From positions 5,024,001-5,088,000 of the forward strand of contig OZ241867.1 in assembly GCA_965203175.1 (NCBI GenBank): a stretch of 64,000 bases of DNA, in the 5' to 3' direction. The notes beneath the pieces are model-generated. The model was not told the origin of the DNA and searched no databases. It was given only the letters and a program-made list of their open reading frames with translations. Numbering within the stretch: the first letter of the stretch is position 1; every line of letters begins with the position of its first letter. A program made the position numbers and the translations under genes. Origin of the DNA: Candidatus Latescibacterota bacterium. Lineage in GTDB: Bacteria > Latescibacterota > UBA2968 > UBA8231. This document shows, piece after piece, positions 9,167-18,517 of this stretch.

Positions 9167-10194
9167 AAGCGCTGCAAATTTCCATGGTCGCCTTTGGCTT
9201 CCTGCTGCTCGGCTATCTCGTCGGTCAGCTCGGGGTCGATGAAGTCCTCCACCATTTGGACGCGATCAAGTGGATGTTCCCCCTGCTGTTGCTGCCCTCG
9301 TGCGTCTGGCATTTCTCCAACACGATCGCCTGGAACTTCGCCTTCCCACCCGACGCCTTCAAACCGAGGCTGCTCACCCTTTTTGCAGCCAAGCTGGCCG
9401 GCGAGGCGGTCAATCAACTCACGCCGCTGGCCAATCTCGGCGGCGAGCCAGTCAAGGCCTATTTGCTCACTCACCGGACACCCGGCCCGCGCGGCATGGC
9501 CTCGGTGGTCGTTGACAAAACCGCGCAAATTGCAGTCGGCCTGTCCTTTACCGTTCTCGGCCTAGGGTTGTTGTTCTACTACCACGACGTATCCGAGCTC
9601 ATCCCCTTGGAATACCGGGTCTTTTTCGCATGCCTGCTCATCGTCAGCTTGGCGGCCTTCTGGGTTTTCTACAAGCGTCAAGAGCACATGTTCACGTCCC
9701 TGCTCAAACTGCTCCGCTCTGCTGGCCTGCGCACCGACATGATCGAGCGCAATATGGGACGCGCAGCGCGCATCGACACCAATATCGGCACCTTTTACCG
9801 CACCCATCGCACCCGCTTCCTGCGCGCCTTGTTCTTTCAGAGTATCGGCTGGTTTATGGGCACCTGTGAGACCTACGCCATCCTCTGGGCACTGGACGCG
9901 GGCGTTGGTTTTTGGTTTTGTTTTTTGCTCAACGCCTTGGGCGCGGTCATCAACGGCCTGTTCTTTTTCATGCCCTCCAATATCGGGGTCATGGAAGGCA
10001 GCCTCGTATTTTTATTCTCCAGTTTGGGGTTAGACCCGTCCCTCGGTCTGTCCTTGGGTCTTACCCGCCGCATGCGCCGCGTGTTCTGGATCTTCATCGG
10101 CTGGACCTGCCTCAGCTACATGAGCAGGACCGCGCTCCAGCGCCGTCCTGCAACGGCTTTAACCATGCTTCAGAAACAAGAAAACCCGCGCTGA
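9163..10194 (+). CDS. Lysylphosphatidylglycerol-synthase TM / flippase-like membrane protein
   Basis: GTG overlaps the upstream TGA with a GAGG SD. LTPLANLGGEPVKAY and MPSNIGVMEG motifs, many TM helices. Confidence 0.85.
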   Translation: MKALQISMVAFGFLLLGYLVGQLGVDEVLHHLDAIKWMFPLLLLPSCVWHFSNTIAWNFAFPPDAFKPRLLTLFAAKLAGEAVNQLTPLANLGGEPVKAYLLTHRTPGPRGMASVVVDKTAQIAVGLSFTVLGLGLLFYYHDVSELIPLEYRVFFACLLIVSLAAFWVFYKRQEHMFTSLLKLLRSAGLRTDMIERNMGRAARIDTNIGTFYRTHRTRFLRALFFQSIGWFMGTCETYAILWALDAGVGFWFCFLLNALGAVINGLFFFMPSNIGVMEGSLVFLFSSLGLDPSLGLSLGLTRRMRRVFWIFIGWTCLSYMSRTALQRRPATALTMLQKQENPR

Positions 10195-10218
10195 CCCCGA
10201 CCCACAAGAGACAGAGCA

Positions 10219-10968
10219 ATGCGTCGACACATACTCGCTTGCCTAGCGGGCTGCTGCGTCCTCTCTCTCTACACTGCCTCTGCCCAAGACGCGCCGCCGG
10301 CTGGAGGCGAGCACGAAGCCCCTCCTTACATCGTCATTGAAGACTTTACCACCACGCCCCTAGACAGCCTGCCTCGCGGCTGGCGCTGGCGCGGCAAGGA
10401 CGACGACAAACCCAAACTCTACGCCGTCCGCGAGGCCAACGGCCGCCGCTACCTAGCCGCCCAAGATACCGGCCACTCGGTCGTCCTCATGAAGCGATTC
10501 CACTGGGATCCCCGGCAATACCCTATTATGACTTGGTGCTGGCGCGCCGACGCCCTGCCGCCAGGGGGCGACGAGCGCTACACCGAGACCAACGACAGCG
10601 CCGCCGGAGTACACGTCATTTTTTCGCGCAACCTCCTCGGCATCCCGCGACAGATCAAATACGTGTGGAGCACGACCTTGGCTCCAGGCACTGTCTCCCG
10701 CCGCAAAGGCATTGCCCGCCCTTGGTTTGTCGTGCTCCAAAGCGGGCCGGAGAAGTTGGGGCAATGGCTCCAAGAGTGGGTTGATCTAGAAAGAGATCAC
10801 GAGCGCATTTTGTCGTCCAACCTGCCGAAAAAAACCATTGGCATAGCTTTGCTCACCGATGCCAATTCGACCCGGGGGTACGCCGCAGCCGCCTACGCCG
10901 ACTTCCGGGTCTGGCCGCGGTCAGCGCTGGCACACATCCCCAACTACTGCGCCGGCCTCCCCCCATGA
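10219..10968 (+). CDS. DUF3047-like secreted protein
   Basis: Signal peptide. PIMTWCWR, DSAAGVHVIF, IKYVWS, IALLTDANST. Confidence 0.75.
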   Translation: MRRHILACLAGCCVLSLYTASAQDAPPAGGEHEAPPYIVIEDFTTTPLDSLPRGWRWRGKDDDKPKLYAVREANGRRYLAAQDTGHSVVLMKRFHWDPRQYPIMTWCWRADALPPGGDERYTETNDSAAGVHVIFSRNLLGIPRQIKYVWSTTLAPGTVSRRKGIARPWFVVLQSGPEKLGQWLQEWVDLERDHERILSSNLPKKTIGIALLTDANSTRGYAAAAYADFRVWPRSALAHIPNYCAGLPP

Positions 10969-12116
10969 GGATCTGCATCGACGCCCGCTCGCTGCGCGAC
11001 GTGCCCACCAGCCTCGGCCGCTACGCCGCCGACCTCGTCAGCCATATCGCCAAGCTAGACCTCGAAAACGAGTATATCGTCGTCCGTCGCCCCTCGCGCC
11101 ACGGCCCCATCGCCGATCAGGCCAACTTCAGGGAGATTTTCGCACCGCACGACATTTCCTCGCCGCACAACATTCTCGCCGGTGCCCGGGTCATCAACGG
11201 GCTCGACGCCGACGTGTACCACTCCCTGTACCACTTTCTCCCCATCGGCGTGCGCGCCCGGCGCGTCGTCATCACCCTGCACGACCTGATCTGGGTGGAT
11301 CACTCTTACCTCGCCGACGGACGGCGCTGGCGGCAGTGGGTCAAAGGAACTCTGGGCAGCTTCGGTATCCGCCGCGCCATTGCCACAGCGGACCACATCG
11401 TCGCCGTCTCCGCGAGCACGCGCCAAGCTGCGCTCGACCACGGCGTGCCAGCCGACAAAGTAACAGCCATCCTCCACGGCGTGGCTCCCGCCTGGCACTC
11501 GGGCAACGCAGAACCGGCCCAGTTTGACTTGGGCCATGCGACTGACCAAGACCATGCACAGCAGGATAGGCTCACCGGTCTTGCAGAACGGCCTTTTGTC
11601 TTTGGCCTAGGCAACAGCTTGCCGTACAAAAACCTGCCTCGGCTGGTGCGCGCCTTTGCCCAAGTCGCCTCGGACCATCCCGACCTCGCCCTCGTGTTCG
11701 CCGGCCGCGGCGAGGGCAATCCCGCACTCGTGCAGCTAGCGCATCAACTCGGCCTGAGCGACCGGGTGCTCCTCGCCGGCCAGCTCCGCGATGAGCAAAT
11801 CCGCGCCTGTTTTGCCCACGCGCTCTTTTTCGCGTTTCCATCGCTGATAGAGGGATTCGGACTACCCGTACTCGAAGCAATGGCCAGCGGCTGCCCGGTG
11901 CTCACGTCAAACTGTTCGTCGCTCGCCGAAATCGCCGGAGAAGATGCAGTGCTCATCGATCCGCTCGACACCGCAGCCATCGCTGCCGGAATGCAGCGCC
12001 TGCTGAACGATTCCGCGCTCCGCCAACGGCTATCGCACCAGGGACGCCAACGGGCCGCGGCCTTTACGTGGGAAGACGCGGCCCAGCGAACTATTCAACT
12101 GTATAATCAGATATAG
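10965..12116 (+). CDS. GT4 family glycosyltransferase
   Basis: ITLHDLI, PYKNLPRL, FPSLIEGFGLPVLEAMASGCPV, FTWE. Confidence 0.93.
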   Translation: MRICIDARSLRDVPTSLGRYAADLVSHIAKLDLENEYIVVRRPSRHGPIADQANFREIFAPHDISSPHNILAGARVINGLDADVYHSLYHFLPIGVRARRVVITLHDLIWVDHSYLADGRRWRQWVKGTLGSFGIRRAIATADHIVAVSASTRQAALDHGVPADKVTAILHGVAPAWHSGNAEPAQFDLGHATDQDHAQQDRLTGLAERPFVFGLGNSLPYKNLPRLVRAFAQVASDHPDLALVFAGRGEGNPALVQLAHQLGLSDRVLLAGQLRDEQIRACFAHALFFAFPSLIEGFGLPVLEAMASGCPVLTSNCSSLAEIAGEDAVLIDPLDTAAIAAGMQRLLNDSALRQRLSHQGRQRAAAFTWEDAAQRTIQLYNQI

Positions 12117-12135
12117 TCCGTAGCTATTCGTCGCG

Positions 12136-13182
12136 TCATGGGGAGATCTGCGGTCGGATAGCCGGCTTGCCCATGGGATATGGGCCATTGGTCAACGGGT
12201 TGCTGCGGGCGTGGTCGTACACCGCGTCCTGTATTTCGAGGATGCGCACGGCTTGGTCGACATTGGGGGTGAAGGATCGCCCATCTGCCAAAGCGGTCAG
12301 GGCTTGATCGACGATGGTCGTCATGCGCTCGCCGTGCGACAAATCCTCACTGAATTGCACGCCCTCGGTAGTGTGAACTTCGATGAGCGGCTCACCTTCT
12401 TTGCCGTATTGCTGGAACACCATGGCGCGGGTGCCGATAAAGCGGAAGAAGTGGTCGCCGCTGCGCACCCCTGACGGATAGGCGTAGCCGCTTTCGATAA
12501 CGCCGGTCACACCCCCATCCGTGCGCAGCATTCCCAAGCCAATATCCTCCACTACACGGCCGTGCGTGGCGTTGGACATGACGGCACCAACCACGTGTAC
12601 CGTCTGCTCGCCAACGAATTGCAGGAAGGTGTCAATGCCGTGGGCCGCCTCTACGGCCCAACTGCCGCCGCCGGAAATGGCCGGATCATTGTGCCAAGCC
12701 GAGGGCGTCGGGTCGTAGCGCGAGGGCGGGCCGTTATTGAGACGGCAGCTATACTGGACCACATCGCCCAGCGTACCATCAGCCAACAGACGCTCCACAG
12801 TGGCGACGATACGGCTGGCGCGGTTGGGCAGAGTAAGGGCGCTGAAGACCCCGTGTTTGGCCGAAGCTTCGGCCGCAGGCCGGAGCCGAGCAGCGCAATC
12901 GGCAAAGGGTTTGTCGAGCAAGTAGGGAATGCGCCGATCGACGCAGGCCTGCACGTGATCCGGCATTTCAATGTGCTTGCCGGCGACTAGGGCGGCGTCG
13001 GGCTGTGCAGCGTCGAGGCACTCGCCCGCCGTGGCAAAGCCTGGACATTGGAAAATCTCTGCGAATTGTTGGCGCGGGCCTTCTTCCCCATCCATAACCC
13101 CGATTATATCGTGCCTCAAGGAGCGGATGGTCTGGCCGATGCCGCGGCCGTGGTGGCTGTATGACAAGATGACTAGGCGCAT
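12136..13182 (-). CDS. Gfo/Idh/MocA family oxidoreductase
   Basis: ATG at 13182 (MRLVILSYSHHG). LDKPF, GGGSWAVEAAHGID, VED. Confidence 0.85.
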   Translation of the reverse strand: MRLVILSYSHHGRGIGQTIRSLRHDIIGVMDGEEGPRQQFAEIFQCPGFATAGECLDAAQPDAALVAGKHIEMPDHVQACVDRRIPYLLDKPFADCAARLRPAAEASAKHGVFSALTLPNRASRIVATVERLLADGTLGDVVQYSCRLNNGPPSRYDPTPSAWHNDPAISGGGSWAVEAAHGIDTFLQFVGEQTVHVVGAVMSNATHGRVVEDIGLGMLRTDGGVTGVIESGYAYPSGVRSGDHFFRFIGTRAMVFQQYGKEGEPLIEVHTTEGVQFSEDLSHGERMTTIVDQALTALADGRSFTPNVDQAVRILEIQDAVYDHARSNPLTNGPYPMGKPAIRPQISP

Positions 13183-14513
13183 AGGTCGGCCTCCTGTTGG
13201 CGGCGCAAGGTGAGCAATTCGGAGTCGGGCAGTTCGACATCGTCGTAGGTGATCAGATCGTCCTCCGAGATGTCGCGGGTGAGCACGGCCCGTTGCGACA
13301 GACCTATGGGCAGCAGGTTGCCAGAGCGGGCGAGGGTAGCTTTTTCCAACAAGCCGTACGCGCAATAACCGCCCTCGCCGTCGAGCACAGTGCCAGCGGA
13401 GAGGGGCTTTTTGGCCGCGGTCACGACTTCGGCGTAATGGCCGATGGGGTGCCCCGATGTCTGGCCATCGAGGGCGATGCGCGCCGCGCTGATGGGCATT
13501 TCGTGGCCTACCCAGTGCTGCGGGCGGTAGATCATGCCGTAGCCACTGCGCTGGCCGATAATCATGCCGATGATTTCGCCGTACGAGCCGAGCGATTCCA
13601 TGGCAAAGGACGTGGCTCCATCGACGACGCAGTACAGGCCGCCGCGCAATCCGCGCTCGACGGCCTGTTCGTTGTCGTCGATGATACTGACCGCCTCGAC
13701 CACGCCTTCCGCGTTGAGCAAACCGCCCTTACTCCGATGGCACAAAATGTCGGGGATCTGGCGCAAGTCAGACTTGGGGAAGTGCATGCCGCGCACATCG
13801 GGCACGAGGCCGCTCATATTGGCCAGACAGGCCATTTCAATGGCGTGCTTAGTGCCGTCTAAAAACGAACCAAACATCTGGGCGTTGTAATCGCGTCCGG
13901 TAAAGCCGTACAGGCGCGGCACGTCGTCGGGATTGGCTTTGCGGAAGGCAGTCTTAAAGCGCGTCCCCTTGCCAGCGGCTATTACCCTAAAGCCGAGGGC
14001 GCGGGCCCAGTCCCACAGTTCCAAGGCGCAGGCCGGCTCGTCGCCGTACGCGGCGCTGTAGAGCACGCCAGCCTCATCGGCCAGTTTTTTCAGTTGACTG
14101 CCAACGACTACATCGGCCTCCACCGTGACCATGACTAGGTGCTTTTTTTGCGCGATGGCATAGCGAGCGTGGGCCGCCCCAGCCTCGACGTTGCCCGTGG
14201 CCTCGATAACTAGGTCGACGCCGCTCTCCATCAGGGCGCGGGCATCGCCGATGACGGCGTAGCGACCCGCCTCCATGGCCGCATCAATGGCCGCAGGGTC
14301 GTCGGTTGTGTCTATCTGGTCGTCGGGGATCTGGCCCCGGCCGTATGCACGCCGGGCTTTGTCTAGATCCAGTTCGGCAATCGCGGCCAAGCGCATGCCG
14401 GGGGCGTGGGCCAGTTGCGAGGCGATTTGGGTGCCAAAGGTGCCGGCCGCGATGAGGCCGATCTGAATGGGTGTGTCCCTTTGGTCGAGTTGGCGCAAGC
14501 GGTGGTACAACAT
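13173..14513 (-). CDS. Homoserine-dehydrogenase-like NAD(P)-dependent oxidoreductase with C-terminal SAF domain (COG4091-like)
   Basis: IEATG, VEAD, YGDEP, DGTK..IEM, SAF motif AKKPL..G..LDGEGGY. Confidence 0.88.
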   Translation of the reverse strand: MLYHRLRQLDQRDTPIQIGLIAAGTFGTQIASQLAHAPGMRLAAIAELDLDKARRAYGRGQIPDDQIDTTDDPAAIDAAMEAGRYAVIGDARALMESGVDLVIEATGNVEAGAAHARYAIAQKKHLVMVTVEADVVVGSQLKKLADEAGVLYSAAYGDEPACALELWDWARALGFRVIAAGKGTRFKTAFRKANPDDVPRLYGFTGRDYNAQMFGSFLDGTKHAIEMACLANMSGLVPDVRGMHFPKSDLRQIPDILCHRSKGGLLNAEGVVEAVSIIDDNEQAVERGLRGGLYCVVDGATSFAMESLGSYGEIIGMIIGQRSGYGMIYRPQHWVGHEMPISAARIALDGQTSGHPIGHYAEVVTAAKKPLSAGTVLDGEGGYCAYGLLEKATLARSGNLLPIGLSQRAVLTRDISEDDLITYDDVELPDSELLTLRRQQEADLCA

Positions 14514-14587
14514 GGTCTGTCCTTTCTCAAGAAGCCGTCTTGAATACTACCACTCGGAAGGGCGACAGCCAAATTTTCCGCTTAGAC

Positions 14588-15169
14588 TCAGGACGACGGA
14601 TTGGCACCTGCCGTCCACTCGGTTTTAGCGATGCGCATATCGCAGATAGAGCGCGCCTTGCTGCCGGGCGGCTGGGCGATGTGAGCCACGACGCGGAAGC
14701 CTACCTTGGCAAACGCCGCGCGGCTGCGGGGATTGTAGTCGGCAACGTCACAGGCGAAGATAAAATCAGCCTTCCCCTCAGCAAAACCGAAATTGACCAA
14801 CGCGCGGATTATTTCCGTCCCCAAGCCTTTGTTCCAGTACTGCTTCTCTCCAATAGACAGATCAATGCGGCGACAGTCGCATCCGGGGTGGGCCTCGATA
14901 ATGCGCGGCAGATTCATGGCCTGCAACCAAGCCTCGGCGATGGGCTGGCCGTCGAGTTCCGCGATAAAGCAGAAGGCGGCTTGCGAGATGCCGCTATAAA
15001 TGCGCTTGATCTCGTCGAGCGTATAGGCCGTCACATCCGAGCCATCGGCGTAATACAACACGTCGGGATCTTGGTTCCAGCGCAGCAAGATGTCCCAATC
15101 GGCATCGGTCATGGGACGCAGGTGCAGGCGGGGCGTGTGCAGGTGGACGGTGTGGCTTTTGATGGGCAT
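14588..15169 (-). CDS. GNAT N-acetyltransferase (RimJ/RimL-like)
   Basis: ATG at 15169. TPRLHLRPM, IGEKQYWNKGLGT, NPRSRAAFAKVGF. Confidence 0.88.
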   Translation of the reverse strand: MPIKSHTVHLHTPRLHLRPMTDADWDILLRWNQDPDVLYYADGSDVTAYTLDEIKRIYSGISQAAFCFIAELDGQPIAEAWLQAMNLPRIIEAHPGCDCRRIDLSIGEKQYWNKGLGTEIIRALVNFGFAEGKADFIFACDVADYNPRSRAAFAKVGFRVVAHIAQPPGSKARSICDMRIAKTEWTAGANPSS

Positions 15170-15180
15170 AGCTGTGTCGC

Positions 15181-15594
15181 CTAATCGAATGCGGTCGGCG
15201 GCCACATCCCCTCGACCGGGTAGGCTTCGTCCTCGCCGGGCCACGGAGGCATGGTAACGGCAATCGCGGCGAGCGGCTCGTCGCCTAGGGCGCGGAATTG
15301 GAAGTGGGTGCCCAGCGGAATGGTCAGGCAGACGCCCGGCTCGACCGCCGCGACTTCCTCGCGGTCGTTCTGTCGCCGCCACATTTGGCCGCGACCGGCG
15401 AAAAAAAACCAGATCTCTTCGACCGTGCGGTGGGCAACGGCCTTCGACGTCTGGCCGGGTTGGAGTTCAAAATGCGCCATGCCGCCGCCTTGCAGGCCCA
15501 ATAGAATGCGGACATCTGAGCCGTCGGGAGCGGTCGCGTCAGGGGTGGCGGACAGTTTTTTAGTGTCGAATTCCAAGGGTGAAGTCTCCTGCAT
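15181..15594 (-). CDS. Cupin domain protein
   Basis: APDGSDVR, HRTVEEIWFF, IPLGTHFQFR. Confidence 0.88.
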   Translation of the reverse strand: MQETSPLEFDTKKLSATPDATAPDGSDVRILLGLQGGGMAHFELQPGQTSKAVAHRTVEEIWFFFAGRGQMWRRQNDREEVAAVEPGVCLTIPLGTHFQFRALGDEPLAAIAVTMPPWPGEDEAYPVEGMWPPTAFD

Positions 15595-15761
15595 AGTAGA
15601 GGCCGACAGGTTCTCGTCCTAAAAATACCACTCTCAACACCTGCGGGAAGGACTTCCTTCCCCTATTTTCCCGCAAGAAGCAGTTGTGCAAATACTATCG
15701 TCCAGCTTGACCTCTTACCAATAATACCTGTTTATTTGCCCTACGATTCGGAGACGATCCC

Positions 15762-16625
15762 ATGCCAAAGCTAAACATTGTCGGTGCCGGTACGCCCACC
15801 CCCACTCGCGACCGCTGGGGCACCTGTTTCATCCTAGATATCTGCGACCAGCGGCTGATGATCGACTGCGGCCCCGCATCGACCTTTAAGATGCACCGCC
15901 TGGGCATCCCCTGCACCTCGGTACACAACCTGTTTTTCACCCACCTACACTCCGACCACATCTCCGATTATCTCTGCTTCCTGATGACGCGCTTCGACCA
16001 GTGCATCGGCACCGAGCCAGATCTGCACGTTTACGGACCTCCCCCAATCAAACGCATCACCGACGGTATCTGGAGTCCCGATGGCCTCTTCTGGTACGAC
16101 GTGATCGCCCGCACCAATCATCCCATGAGCGTCCACGCCTACCAAATGCGCGGCGGCGTAGGAGAGTCCAGACCGGAACCGGTAGTCCACGCAGTCGAAT
16201 ACACCGAGGGGGAAGTAGCCGCAGGGGAAGGCTGGACCTGCTATGCACGCGAAGTCAAACACGCCCAGCCCTACATCGAATGCTACGGCTTCCGTTTCGA
16301 GACCGAAGAAGGCGTCGTCGCCTTCAGCGGCGATACCGCGCCGATCGAGTCCGTAGTCGAGCTAGCGCGGGATGCAGACCTATTCGTGATGGAGGCCGTG
16401 CATCGGGAGGAGAAGATCCAAACCTTCCCCAGCGTTATCTCCGAAACCGGCACCCTAAATGCCGGGCGCATGGCCGCCGAGGCTGGTGCCAAGCGCTTGG
16501 TAATCAACCACCAGTCAGTAACCCTCGATCCCGCAGAAGAGACCACCCAGGGAATCGCCGAGGTAAAAAGCGTCTTTGACGGGCCTATGTACTGGGCGCG
16601 GGACATGATGGAAGTGGCTTGGTGA
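15762..16625 (+). CDS. MBL-fold metallohydrolase (RNase Z/AtsA-like)
   Basis: GAGTP, IDCG, THLHSDH, FSGDT, INH. Confidence 0.9.
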   Translation: MPKLNIVGAGTPTPTRDRWGTCFILDICDQRLMIDCGPASTFKMHRLGIPCTSVHNLFFTHLHSDHISDYLCFLMTRFDQCIGTEPDLHVYGPPPIKRITDGIWSPDGLFWYDVIARTNHPMSVHAYQMRGGVGESRPEPVVHAVEYTEGEVAAGEGWTCYAREVKHAQPYIECYGFRFETEEGVVAFSGDTAPIESVVELARDADLFVMEAVHREEKIQTFPSVISETGTLNAGRMAAEAGAKRLVINHQSVTLDPAEETTQGIAEVKSVFDGPMYWARDMMEVAW

Positions 16626-16638
16626 TCGGTTCAGGGTC

Positions 16639-17682
16639 ATGGCGTCCTTCCGCTTCGTCCGCCTCAACGCCACCATGTACCCAGCCGGCGAGCTGGAACA
16701 ATCGCTGTACGCCAAGTTCGGCATCGAACCTGAATACGTCGAGGAAGAAGACCCGCAGGAACTCATTCGCCATCTATCCGGCTGCGACGTCGTCGCCGTC
16801 ATCTCGACCGGATTGCCCGCGGTCGTGGTCGCATCGCTGGACCGCTGCCGCCTGATCTCTCGCCTCGGCAACGGTACCGATAAAATCGCCGTGGAAAAGG
16901 CCACGGAATGCGGCATCATCGTCTCCAATGCCCCTTTCTTCTGCGCCGAGGAAATGACCGACCACATCATGGCCATGCTGCTGTCCCTGGCCCGTCAACT
17001 GCCGAGGATGGAGCAGCTCATGCGCGCCGGCCGCTTCCGCCAAGCCCGCGCCGAGTCCACCCAATTGCAGCGGCTCTCCACCTGTGCGCTGGGCATTGTC
17101 GGCTTCGGAGCCACCGGCGAGATGGTCGCCCGCCGAGCTAGGGCCTTCGGCCTACGAGTCTTGGCCACGCGCAGGAACCTACAGGCACCCCTGCCAACGG
17201 GCTTAGACATCGAAATGGTGGACTTAGAAACGCTACTTGCCGAGTCCGACTTCGTCTCCTTGCAGGTGCCCCTGAACGCGGACACCTACCACATGTTCGA
17301 TGAAGAACTGTTGCGCAAGATGAAGCCGGGATCCTACCTAATCAACACGTCTCGCGGTGCCTTGGTAGATGAAGATGCGCTGGTGCGAGTACTGCGGGAG
17401 GGGCCATTAGCTGGTGCAGCACTAGATACCTACGAATGGCTCAACGTGTTCACGGACGAGGATCAGACCTTGCAGCATCCCCTCATGGAGTTAGACAACG
17501 TCCTGATGACCTCTCACGTCTCCGCTCACTCAGTGCAGTCGGGCGAAGACGTGGCGCGCACTGGCGTCTGCAATCTGGTCTCCGTCCTCAAGGGCCACTG
17601 GCCAGCGCCGGAAAACATCGTCAACCAAGGTGTGGTGCCGAGGTATCCACTAAAACCGCACGATGCGGAACTATACGCGTAA
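16639..17682 (+). CDS. D-2-hydroxyacid dehydrogenase family protein
   Basis: GIVGFGATG, INTSRGALVDE, GAALDT, SHVSA. Confidence 0.92.
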   Translation: MASFRFVRLNATMYPAGELEQSLYAKFGIEPEYVEEEDPQELIRHLSGCDVVAVISTGLPAVVVASLDRCRLISRLGNGTDKIAVEKATECGIIVSNAPFFCAEEMTDHIMAMLLSLARQLPRMEQLMRAGRFRQARAESTQLQRLSTCALGIVGFGATGEMVARRARAFGLRVLATRRNLQAPLPTGLDIEMVDLETLLAESDFVSLQVPLNADTYHMFDEELLRKMKPGSYLINTSRGALVDEDALVRVLREGPLAGAALDTYEWLNVFTDEDQTLQHPLMELDNVLMTSHVSAHSVQSGEDVARTGVCNLVSVLKGHWPAPENIVNQGVVPRYPLKPHDAELYA

Positions 17683-17715
17683 GGCGCGAACACCGTCCCC
17701 AAAGAAAGGAATCCC

Positions 17716-18507
17716 ATGTCTCCACAACGCGTCATCCTCTTTGTCCTCGACGGCCTGCGGCCCGACGGCTTGCAACAGGCCCCCACCCCCCACGTCGATC
17801 GCTTGATCAGCCAGGGTGCCAGCACCTATACGGCCCGCACCGTAATGCCCTCGTCCACCTTGCCCTGCCACACCTCCATGTTTCGCGGCGTGCCCCCACA
17901 ACGGCACGGCATCCTCACCAACACTTGGGTGCCCCAAGTCAGACCCGTGCCCAGCCTCGTCGACGTGCTGCACCAAGCTGGCAAGCGCACGGCCTTCTTC
18001 TACAATTGGGAGCAATTGCGCGATCTGGCCGACCCAGGCTCGTTGGACCGCTCGTACTATATGAACAATTGCCACGAGCCAAACGGAGATTTGGAATTGG
18101 CCAGCTTGGCCGCAGCGACCCTGAGGGAATGGACGCCCGATTTCGCCTTTGTCTATCTAGGCTGCACTGATATAGCCGGCCACAACCACGACTGGATGTC
18201 GGCCGAATATCTGGCCACTATTGGGCGGGCCGATACAGCCATTGGCGCAGTGCTGGAGGCGGTCAACCAAGAAGAGACCGTGGCCATCGTCACCAGCGAC
18301 CACGGGGGACACGAGCGCACCCACGGCACGGAAATGGACGAGGACATGACCATTCCGTGGGTAATCTCCGGTCCTGCGATATCCCCCGGACGGAGCTTAC
18401 AGGAGCCAGTGAGCATCATCGACAACCCGACGACTATTGCCGCTTTGCTCGAAGTGGCACCGGCGGAGGATTGGGCCGGACAAGTGGTGCGGGAAGCCCT
18501 CGCATAA
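17716..18507 (+). CDS. Alkaline-phosphatase-superfamily phosphodiesterase/nucleotide pyrophosphatase
   Basis: LDGLRPD, STLPCH, DIAGH, TSDHGG. Confidence 0.88.
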   Translation: MSPQRVILFVLDGLRPDGLQQAPTPHVDRLISQGASTYTARTVMPSSTLPCHTSMFRGVPPQRHGILTNTWVPQVRPVPSLVDVLHQAGKRTAFFYNWEQLRDLADPGSLDRSYYMNNCHEPNGDLELASLAAATLREWTPDFAFVYLGCTDIAGHNHDWMSAEYLATIGRADTAIGAVLEAVNQEETVAIVTSDHGGHERTHGTEMDEDMTIPWVISGPAISPGRSLQEPVSIIDNPTTIAALLEVAPAEDWAGQVVREALA

Positions 18508-18517
18508 CAAACTAATC

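Noticed and set aside
11500-11590. Apparent short insertion in the GT4 linker
   Set aside because: In frame, lies in the naturally variable inter-domain linker, and has no terminal repeats.
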